NCBI GenBank assembly: GCA_040386535.1
Contig: JAZKFH010000047.1
Span: forward strand, 94,984-158,983
Direction: 5' to 3'
Length of the DNA stretch: 64,000 bases
From: Myxococcota bacterium
Lineage (GTDB): Bacteria > Myxococcota_A > UBA796 > SXON01
Under the pieces are notes generated by a model that did no database searches, was not told the DNA's origin, and worked only from the letters and a program-made list of their open reading frames with translations. Both the position numbers and the translations under genes were made by a program. Numbering within the stretch: position 1 is the first letter of the stretch; every line of letters begins with the position of its first letter. Shown piece after piece: positions 11,917-21,001 of the stretch.

Positions 11917-12419
11917 CCCGGCGGCGCGGGCGGAACGGCGGCGCCCGCGGTGGCCGGGTCGGGGAGGACCTGTCCGGGATCGAGGCGCGCGGGGCCGTCC
12001 TCATCCATCTTGGCGAGGCCCACCGTGTCGGCACCGGCGGTGCGCACGAGATCCATCACCTGGACCACGCGGCCGTAGTTGGCCTCGGGCGCGGCGTCGA
12101 TGAACACGGTCTTCTTCGCCTTGGAGCGGAGGCGCTGCGTGATCTCCTTCATGAGGTCCTCGTCGGTGCCCTCCTTCAGGTTCAGCGCGATCTTGCCGTC
12201 TTCGTACACGGCCACCATGAGCTGGTCCGGCGGGGTGTCGGGGGGGGGCGGCGGCGGCTCTTCCGTGTCCGGAGGCGGCAGGTTGCTCGCCATCTTCCGC
12301 ACCGTCACCGGCGTCATCACCATGAAGATGATGAGCAGGACCAGCACGACGTCGATGAGCGGCGTCACGTTGATCTCGTCCATGCCCCCCTGGGCGCTCG
12401 TCGGGACCTTGATCGACAT
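11913..12419 (-). CDS. exbD: Biopolymer transporter ExbD/TolR family
   Basis: [22 protein letters not shown] motif; YGRVVQVMD. Confidence 0.9.
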   Translation of the reverse strand: MSIKVPTSAQGGMDEINVTPLIDVVLVLLIIFMVMTPVTVRKMASNLPPPDTEEPPPPPPDTPPDQLMVAVYEDGKIALNLKEGTDEDLMKEITQRLRSKAKKTVFIDAAPEANYGRVVQVMDLVRTAGADTVGLAKMDEDGPARLDPGQVLPDPATAGAAVPPAPPG

Positions 12420-12421
12420 CG

Positions 12422-12832
12422 CTACTCCTTCAGCTTCTCGGCCGCGAGGAGCATGGTGTCGGTGCCGGGGAGCTCATGGAGCTTGTCCATGACATCGCGC
12501 ACCTGCTTGTACGTTGCGGACTGGTCACCCTTCAGGAGCATCGGGCGGTTGGCCCGCTCCTTCTCGACCAGCTGGGCGAGGTCGTCGAGGACGACCTGGG
12601 TGCGGTCCACATAGACCGTTCCATCGCCCTTGACCGAGATGACGAGGTGCTGCCCCATGTCCTTCTCTTCCTCGGCGGTCTTCGCCCGAGGGAGGTCGAC
12701 GTCGACCCCGGAGGACAACATCGGGGTGACCACCATGAAGATGATGAGCAGCACCAGCACGACGTCGACGAGAGGCGTGACGTTGATGTCCGCCATCGCG
12801 CCGCCTTTTTTTCCACCGACCTTCGCGCCCAT
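12422..12832 (-). CDS. exbD: Biopolymer transporter ExbD/TolR family
   Basis: [37 protein letters not shown]. Confidence 0.9.
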   Translation of the reverse strand: MGAKVGGKKGGAMADINVTPLVDVVLVLLIIFMVVTPMLSSGVDVDLPRAKTAEEEKDMGQHLVISVKGDGTVYVDRTQVVLDDLAQLVEKERANRPMLLKGDQSATYKQVRDVMDKLHELPGTDTMLLAAEKLKE

Positions 12833-12853
12833 GTTGGTGTCTCCGCCCCGCCG

Positions 12854-13537
12854 CTACTTCGCGGCCTGGCTTTCGGAGCGGCGCAACACGTCCTTCTCGG
12901 CCCAGTCCACGAGCTCCCCGATGGACGTGGTCATGTCCTTCGAGATGTCGTCGATCACGGCGTTGAAGTAGTTGTAGAGCCAGATGGCGACGATCGCGAC
13001 GGCGATGCCGAACGCGGTCGACACGAGCGCCTCGGCGATGCCGCCGGAGATGGCGGTCAGATCCGCGCCGCCCTCCGCGCTCATCATCGAGAACGCGTTG
13101 ATGATGCCGAAGATGGTGCCGACGAGACCGACGAACGGGGCGGTCGAGCCGGTGGTGGCGAGGACGTTCATGCCCTTGCGCAGCGCCGCCGCCTCGTTCA
13201 TCGCCATGCGCTCGAGCCCGCGCTTGGCGGCCTCGATGCCGTGCTTGTCGGGGCGAGCGCGGTACTCGGAGAGCCCCGACTTCACGATGGAGCCGAGGTA
13301 GGCGAGCTTGTACTGCTCGCTGGCGACGAGCTTGAGCGAGGCATCCATGTCGCCGGAGGCGAGGGGCTTGGCGATCGCCTCGGCGAGGGCGCGCGACTGG
13401 GCGCGGGCGCGGAGGAACATGACCATGCGCTCGATGCCGACGTACACGCTCCAGACCAGCATGACCAGGAGGAGGACGAAGATGGTCTTCGCGGGGACGC
13501 CCATGACGGCCCAGAGATGCTGAGGGGAGAGATCCAT
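12854..13537 (-). CDS. exbB: MotA/TolQ/ExbB proton channel
   Basis: LATTGSTAPFVGLVGTIFGII, GIAEALVSTAFG motifs. Confidence 0.92.
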   Translation of the reverse strand: MDLSPQHLWAVMGVPAKTIFVLLLVMLVWSVYVGIERMVMFLRARAQSRALAEAIAKPLASGDMDASLKLVASEQYKLAYLGSIVKSGLSEYRARPDKHGIEAAKRGLERMAMNEAAALRKGMNVLATTGSTAPFVGLVGTIFGIINAFSMMSAEGGADLTAISGGIAEALVSTAFGIAVAIVAIWLYNYFNAVIDDISKDMTTSIGELVDWAEKDVLRRSESQAAK

Positions 13538-13585
13538 GTCGTACGTCCTCCGGCGGCGCCGGCGATCTGACAGTTGGAAGGCCTG

Positions 13586-14320
13586 CTAGGGGGCCTTGAA
13601 GTTGATGGCGAGGTCGAAGCCCGCCTTGACGGCCTTGCCCCCGTCCTTGACCGGGTAGAAGCGATAGCGCATTGCCACTTCACGGGCCGCGTTGCGGAAG
13701 ATCTCGGCGCACGTCTTGGGGATGACCTCGTAAGGCACCCCCTTCTCGTTGATGTTGATGCGGACGGTGCACCGTTCGTCCGGGAGCTTGAGCGCCCGCG
13801 CCGCTTCCGGGTAGTCGCTGTCGCGCACGTCGGCGCGGACCTTGACCTCCGCCTCGGACCAGTGGACGACCTTGATGCCCGTGCCGCCGAGCTGGCCGCC
13901 CAGGGTGCCGCCGATCACGCCGCCCACGACCCCGCCGACCACGCCGCCTTCGACGCCGCCCTCGACCCCACCCTCGACACCCTCGACCTCGGCCTCGACC
14001 ACCGGCTCGTCCTCGGGGACGACCTCGAGCGGGACGACCTCGTCGGGCACCACCTCGTCGGGCTTGACCTCGTCGGGCTTCTTCTCGGTCTTCGGCTTCT
14101 TGCTGCCTCCGGCCGGAGGGGGCGGAGGAGGGGGCGGAGGAGGGGCCGACAGATCGACGGCGACCTCGATGATCTCGTCCTCGACGACCGTTTCGACCAC
14201 CTTCGACCCGGCCCAGACCAGCCCGGCCAGGAAGGAGCCGTTGAGCGCCAACGAGAGCAGGAACGCACCCACCTGGCGCTTGGCCTGGCGCTGCTGATTC
14301 CGGCCCACACTGTCGAACAT
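13586..14320 (-). CDS. tonB: Energy transducer TonB
   Basis: N-terminal TM, poly-Pro, VEGGVEGGVVGG linker, TonB_C-like end (YRFYP..GGKAV). Confidence 0.8.
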   Translation of the reverse strand: MFDSVGRNQQRQAKRQVGAFLLSLALNGSFLAGLVWAGSKVVETVVEDEIIEVAVDLSAPPPPPPPPPPAGGSKKPKTEKKPDEVKPDEVVPDEVVPLEVVPEDEPVVEAEVEGVEGGVEGGVEGGVVGGVVGGVIGGTLGGQLGGTGIKVVHWSEAEVKVRADVRDSDYPEAARALKLPDERCTVRININEKGVPYEVIPKTCAEIFRNAAREVAMRYRFYPVKDGGKAVKAGFDLAINFKAP

Positions 14321-14387
14321 CCGCGCTCCTGGTGCCAAAGCCGCGGCAGTGTAACGCCTCGGCCGGGGGCCCTTGTCAACAGAGAGT

Positions 14388-14654
14388 CTACGATCGTGTG
14401 TCGTCCACCGGATCGACCAGCGGGGACTCGCGCACCCCGTCGGCCGCCGCGGTGAGGGCGATGATGCGTGCGTCGGCCGCGTCGAGCCGCTCGTGGCACT
14501 CCCGCACGAGCCCCACGCCCTCCTCGAAGAGGCGCAGGGCCTCCTCGAGGGCGAGGTCGCCCCGCTCGAGCCGGGCCACGCGCGCTTCGAGCTCGGACAG
14601 GCCGACCTCGAAGCTCCGCGGCTCCTTGGGCTCCCTGGCGGCGGGCTCGCTCAC
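14388..14654 (-). CDS. xseB: Exodeoxyribonuclease VII small subunit
   Basis: SFE..LSELEA.V.RLERGDLALEEAL.LFEEG..L...C. Confidence 0.93.
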   Translation of the reverse strand: MSEPAAREPKEPRSFEVGLSELEARVARLERGDLALEEALRLFEEGVGLVRECHERLDAADARIIALTAAADGVRESPLVDPVDDTRS

Positions 14655-17311
14655 TTGGCGGTCGCCCGGGGCTCGGCCGACCGCGCCCGCTCGATCTGGC
14701 CGAGCGAGTAGGTGAGCCGCGTGTTCGAGGCGACGTCGGTCGCCACGAGCACCTGGGCACCTTCACGGTTGAGCGTGATGCGCTCGGGCGCGACCATCAG
14801 CGTGCGCCGGGTCTGGTCCTTCGCGGAGAAATACACCATCTCGAGCCACGCCCCCTGGTGGATGACGCGCTCGATGATCGCGCGCAGCTCCGCAGGAGAA
14901 GCCCGCGAGGGGCCCTCCTGCTTCCGCTTCTGGCGCTGGGCGCCTTGCGCGGCGGTGCTGCCCGGCACCGGACGCAGGTCCTCGGGCTGGGTGTCGGCCG
15001 AGTGGGCGCGCGCGAGCGGATCGTCGCGCTGGTCCCGGGCCTCCGCGAGGAGGTGGTGGAGCCGCTCGCGGGCCTCCGCGGCGTCCTCGTCGGCGGGGTA
15101 CTTCCGCAGCTCCTTGGCGGGGTTGAACCCCGTGGCCTGGAGCTCGGCGACCAGCTCGGGGATCCGCCGCCTGTCGACCGCGTAGAGCCCCGGGGCGAAG
15201 CGGTGGAGCAGGAACGGCTTGAGTTGCCGCAGCCCCTCCATGCGCCGCACCGCCGAGCGGTGCACCGTGAGCGCCACGATCTCGTGGAACTCGACGTCGG
15301 CCTCCTGGCCCATCCACGCGCGCAGCGTGTTCTCGACGTTCTCGGGCAGCCCGATCTGGCTGTTCTCGCGAAGGAAGTCGTACACCTCCTCGCGCCGCCA
15401 ACCCTTGCGCAGCGCCTGCTCGATCGTGACTTCGGTGATCTTGTAGGTGTTGGCGCGGTCGCAGCCGGTGAGCTCCGCGAGCTCGCCGACGCGGAACAGG
15501 AGGATCGGCGCGAGGCCGGCCGGCGCCATGATCTCGTACGACGGCGTCAGGTAGAACTGGCTGAACCCCTCGTCCTCCGGCGGGTCGAGCAGCTTGGCGG
15601 CGCGCGGCGTGAGCTTGTAGAACTTCTGCTGGCCCCAGAGGCCGAGCTCCAGCATGCCGCACGCCACGAGCGCGGTGAAGCTGTAGCTGTCGCGCTCGGT
15701 CCCGCGGGGCGAGGTGTACAGCCCCTTGTGGAAGCGCTCGCGCCACTCCTCGCCGCGCTTCCAGCGCCGGTAGAGGGCCTGGAGCGGGGCCTCGGGGATC
15801 CACTCGTCCTTGGCGGACTGCACGGCCCAGAGCACCCACTCCGCCATCGGGAAGCGCTTCTCGAGCGCGCGGAACACGAGATCGCGCTGGTCTTCGGGCT
15901 CGAGGTGCAGCCACTCCTCGACGACATCGCGGTTGACCGCCACGCGGTCGCCGCGGAGCTCGATCATGCCGTGCATCATCAGGAAGTCGTAGTGGAGGTT
16001 GAACAGCTCGCTGTCCGGGCTCCAGATCTGCGCGAAGAAGCGATCGAGCTCGTCCTTGTGGGCCTTGAAAACCTCCTGCCGCTGGGTGAGGCGGGGAGGG
16101 CGCTGGTCGAGGTAGGTCGCCAGCGTGGCGAGCGAGAAGTCGAGCGGCGGGCAGAACGGCCGCTGGTCGGGGACGCGGATGTCCTCGTGCTGGAACGTCG
16201 GGAGCGACAGCTCGCTCTCAAGGTGCTCGATGAGCGAGTCGACGAGCGGTTCGGGCACGAGGTAGTAGAACCCGTCCTCCATGGACTCCGACGCGAAGAC
16301 GAGCCCGCGGTCCGCCACCATCTGCATGGTGCGCGCCCAGTCGCTCTCGCGGCCGCCGAGGACCAGCACGAGCTCGCGGTGGAACTCGTCCGCGTGGGCG
16401 AGGCCGCCGCACTGGATGAGCGCCGCGAGCGCCTGCCGATCGCGCTGGTGCATCTGCGCGAGGAGGCCGGACAAGCGGCTGCCCTGCGCGATGGCGCGCA
16501 CGGTGAGCTGCGTCATCCGCTCGATGTCGGGCACGCGGGAGGGCTGGCCGCCCATCGCGCGGTAGAGCGAGCCGAGGAGGCTGTCCGGCAGGCGCGAGAA
16601 GTACTGGACCAGGTCGTCCAATTCGCCGCGCGCCATCCGCCGACGCCGCACGACGCCGGCCACGGGCTTCCAGCGCTTGCGGTGGATCCGGGGGCGCGCC
16701 GGCAGCTTGCCGGTGCTCGGGAGGACCACGCCGGGGCCCTCGCCCTCGTCGCCGCGGACCAGCCGGCGGCCACGCCGGGGGCGGCCGCTCTCGTCCTCGC
16801 CCATGTCGCGCTCGGGGCGCTCCCCATGGGGCTCGGACTCGACGCGCATGGAGCGGTCGCCACGGTCCCGCTCGGGAGCGCGCTCACGGTCGGGGCCGCG
16901 GTCACGATCGCGGTCGCTGCGCTCCTCGGGGCGGGGGCCGCGGTCGTCCATCCGGGGGCCGCGGTCGTCGTGTCGGGGGCCGCGTTCGTCCATTCGCTGG
17001 TCGTGCCGGGGGCCACCGCGGCCGCCACGGTCGCGATCGCCGCCCCCTTCGGGGCGCGGACGCGCCGGACGGTCGGCACGCGCCGGCCGCTCGGACGGTC
17101 GGTCCGAAGGGCGTTGTTCGGAGGAGCGCTCCGGGCGGTCCGGACGATCCGTCCGCTCCGGCCGTTGTTCGCCCTGCGTGTTCACCTCGGGCGCGCCAGT
17201 GCCCTCGCCGGGCCCTTCGCCACCGCTGCGCCGGCGCCTACGCCGCCGCCGCCTGCGTCCCGCACCCGCGTCATCCGGCCCACCCGCGAGCTCCGTCCGT
17301 TCGTTCGACAT
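14651..17311 (-). CDS. XPB-associated helicase-C3-domain protein with Arg-rich disordered N-terminus and WYL-like C-terminus
   Basis: YLTPSYEI..YKITEVTIEQALRKG..FL...S...LPENV..TL..W domain; C-terminal LEMVY..TRRTLMVAP..RLTYSLGQI; low-complexity RP/ER/DR N-terminus. Confidence 0.75.
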   Translation of the reverse strand: MSNERTELAGGPDDAGAGRRRRRRRRRRSGGEGPGEGTGAPEVNTQGEQRPERTDRPDRPERSSEQRPSDRPSERPARADRPARPRPEGGGDRDRGGRGGPRHDQRMDERGPRHDDRGPRMDDRGPRPEERSDRDRDRGPDRERAPERDRGDRSMRVESEPHGERPERDMGEDESGRPRRGRRLVRGDEGEGPGVVLPSTGKLPARPRIHRKRWKPVAGVVRRRRMARGELDDLVQYFSRLPDSLLGSLYRAMGGQPSRVPDIERMTQLTVRAIAQGSRLSGLLAQMHQRDRQALAALIQCGGLAHADEFHRELVLVLGGRESDWARTMQMVADRGLVFASESMEDGFYYLVPEPLVDSLIEHLESELSLPTFQHEDIRVPDQRPFCPPLDFSLATLATYLDQRPPRLTQRQEVFKAHKDELDRFFAQIWSPDSELFNLHYDFLMMHGMIELRGDRVAVNRDVVEEWLHLEPEDQRDLVFRALEKRFPMAEWVLWAVQSAKDEWIPEAPLQALYRRWKRGEEWRERFHKGLYTSPRGTERDSYSFTALVACGMLELGLWGQQKFYKLTPRAAKLLDPPEDEGFSQFYLTPSYEIMAPAGLAPILLFRVGELAELTGCDRANTYKITEVTIEQALRKGWRREEVYDFLRENSQIGLPENVENTLRAWMGQEADVEFHEIVALTVHRSAVRRMEGLRQLKPFLLHRFAPGLYAVDRRRIPELVAELQATGFNPAKELRKYPADEDAAEARERLHHLLAEARDQRDDPLARAHSADTQPEDLRPVPGSTAAQGAQRQKRKQEGPSRASPAELRAIIERVIHQGAWLEMVYFSAKDQTRRTLMVAPERITLNREGAQVLVATDVASNTRLTYSLGQIERARSAEPRATAK

Positions 17312-17333
17312 CAACCTTCCTTGTGCCTCCCCC

Positions 17334-19016
17334 TCACGACGGGGTGGTCTCCTGGATGTAGTAGCGGTAGCCCTGTTCAGTCAGGAACAGCTGGCGTTTC
17401 ATCGCGAACTCCTGCTCCTTCGATTCGCGGGTCACCACGCTGTAGAAGGACGCACCGTCCTTCTTGGGGCGGAGGATGCGGCCGAGGCGCTGCGCCTCTT
17501 CCTGACGCGATCCGAACGAGCCCGAGACCTGGATCGCGACGTTGGCGTCCGGCAGGTCGATCGAGAAGTTGGCCACCTTGCTCACGATCAGCAGCTTGAT
17601 CCGCCCGTCGCGGAACTTCCCGAAGAGGTCCTCGCGTTGGGCCGCCGGGGTTTCGCCGGTGATGAGCGGCGCCTTGAACCGGCGCGCGATGTCCTTGAGC
17701 TGGTCGAGGTAGGTGCCGATGATCAGCACGTTGTCGTCCTGGTGCTTCTTGACGAGGTCGTCGAGCACCTTCATCTTCGCCGGGTTGGTCGCGGCGATGC
17801 GGAACTTCTCGCCCTCGCGCGCCCGCTCGTACTGCTCGCCGAGCACGCTCGAGAACCCGACGCGCACCTCGTAGCACTTCGCCTCGGCGATCCAGCCCTT
17901 CTCCTCGAGCGTCTGCCAGCCGAGATCGAACCGCTTCGGACCGACGAGGCTGAACACGTCGCCTTCGCGGCCGTCTTCACGCACCAGCGTGGCGGTCAGG
18001 CCGAGGCGGCGGCGGCCCTGGAGATCGGCCGTGGCGCCGAACACCGGGGCGGGGAGGAGGTGCACCTCGTCGTACACGATGAGGCCCCAGTTGTGGTCCT
18101 CGAACAGGTGCAGATGGGCGAACTTCGCGTCCTTCGAGGCGCGCCAGGTGAGGATCTGGTAGGTCGCGACGGTCACCGGGCGGATCTGCTTGATCTCGCC
18201 GGTGTACGCGCCCACCTGGTCGGGGGTCAGATCCGTCTTGTCGAGGATCTCCCGCACCCACTGGTGCACCGCGGCGCCGTTGGTCGCGAGGATCAGCGTG
18301 TGCTGGTTCACGAGGCTCATCGCCTTGATCGCCACGATGGTCTTGCCGGCGCCGCAGGGGAGCACGATCACGCCGTGCCCGCCGGAGGGCTTGCCGCCCT
18401 GGTACCAGCGCTCGGCCGCGAGCACCTGGTAGTCCCGCAGGCCGAAGGGCAGCTTGTTGGACTTCATGGTCGTGCGGAGGTCGATCTCGAGCGGATCGCC
18501 GTCGAGGAAGCCCGCCACGTCCTCGACCGGCCAGCCGGCCTGGAGCATCCGCTGCTTGAAGATGCCGCGGTGGCCGGCCTGGATCGCGAAGTAGCGCTTG
18601 CCGTCCTCCACGAGCAGCTCGGCGACCGACTTCTCGTTGCCGATCAGCTTCGCGACGTAGGCGGTGGCGAATTCGAGGCGGAGGAGCTTCCCCGGCTGCT
18701 CGGGGTGCGCCACGATGCGCACGAGGCCGTAGCGCTCGATGGTCTCCCCGACCTGGGTGAGCACGTTCGGCGGCACGTCGAACTTGGAGAAGGTGCGCAG
18801 CCCGTCGACGATTTCGTCGCGACGCATCCCGCTGCTCGCCGCGTTCCAGAGCGACAACGGGTTGATGCGGTAGGTGTGCAGGTGTTCCGGAGACGTCTCC
18901 AGTTCGGCGAAGCGGGACAAGAAGTCGCGCACTTCTTCGTAACGGGAGTGTTTCGTCTCGAGCAGGACCTTGCCATCCCCCTGGACGATGAGGGGGTTGT
19001 CAGGCCTGACGTGCAT
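17334..19016 (-). CDS. DNA repair helicase XPB (Ssl2/Rad25-like SF2 helicase)
   Basis: PLIVQGD..FAELE.SPEHLHTY; LPCGAGKT; DEVH; GLTATLVREDG; GSRQEEAQRLGRILRPK. Confidence 0.95.
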   Translation of the reverse strand: MHVRPDNPLIVQGDGKVLLETKHSRYEEVRDFLSRFAELETSPEHLHTYRINPLSLWNAASSGMRRDEIVDGLRTFSKFDVPPNVLTQVGETIERYGLVRIVAHPEQPGKLLRLEFATAYVAKLIGNEKSVAELLVEDGKRYFAIQAGHRGIFKQRMLQAGWPVEDVAGFLDGDPLEIDLRTTMKSNKLPFGLRDYQVLAAERWYQGGKPSGGHGVIVLPCGAGKTIVAIKAMSLVNQHTLILATNGAAVHQWVREILDKTDLTPDQVGAYTGEIKQIRPVTVATYQILTWRASKDAKFAHLHLFEDHNWGLIVYDEVHLLPAPVFGATADLQGRRRLGLTATLVREDGREGDVFSLVGPKRFDLGWQTLEEKGWIAEAKCYEVRVGFSSVLGEQYERAREGEKFRIAATNPAKMKVLDDLVKKHQDDNVLIIGTYLDQLKDIARRFKAPLITGETPAAQREDLFGKFRDGRIKLLIVSKVANFSIDLPDANVAIQVSGSFGSRQEEAQRLGRILRPKKDGASFYSVVTRESKEQEFAMKRQLFLTEQGYRYYIQETTPS

Positions 19017-19044
19017 TCGTCATGTGGTCGCGTCCTCCCAGGAC

Positions 19045-19231
19045 GGCAGATCTCGGTCCTCGTCGCGGTGGTTGCCGAGCGGGCAGCGCCGAAGCGGGCC
19101 GACGGACCTTCCGCGAAGGCATCCCGTACGCAGGGCGCGCACGATGCCTTTGCCCCGAAGGGACGGCACCGATCGCCGCCCGGGGCACTACCGCCCCCGG
19201 GCCGGAGGAGTCCGCAACCCGGGGATCTGCC
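19045..19231 (-). ncRNA. Candidate ~187-nt structured RNA or 5' leader upstream of the XPB operon
   Basis: Ends pair (GGCAGAUC/GAUCUGCC); two cUUCGg tetraloop hairpins; AAGGCAUC/GAUGCCUU helix; begins just after a -10 box. Confidence 0.5.
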
Positions 19232-19235
19232 TCAC

Positions 19236-19263
19236 ACCTTACGCGCTCTGGCGGGAATGTCAA
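19236..19263 (-). promoter_or_regulatory. Putative sigma70 promoter
   Basis: TTGACA-N16-TAAGGT on the minus strand. Confidence 0.6.
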
Positions 19264-19326
19264 CCGAGACGCGTCAGGATTGCCCAACGGCGGCACCGAA
19301 CGCCCCCTTCCCGGGCGGCGCGGCGG

Positions 19327-20946
<1,620 letters not shown>

Positions 20947-21001
20947 GCGGGGGCATCTATCGTGACACCCCACCCCGGGGCGATCGGTTAGTCGCGACCC
21001 C

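Noticed and set aside
11913..13537. Naming the genes aglR/aglQ/aglS
   Set aside because: They cannot be distinguished from ExbBD/TolQR without phylogeny, and the adjacent gene is a generic TonB
14323..14379. Promoters for tonB (sigma54-like GG-N10-GC; TTGACA..TACACT)
   Set aside because: The sigma54-like match overlaps the RBS, and the sigma70 spacing is 20 bp
19045..19231. Calling the structured RNA 6S, SRP or tRNA
   Set aside because: No SRP GGAAG-CAGC motif, no cloverleaf, no clear 6S central bubble or usual gene context; left unnamed
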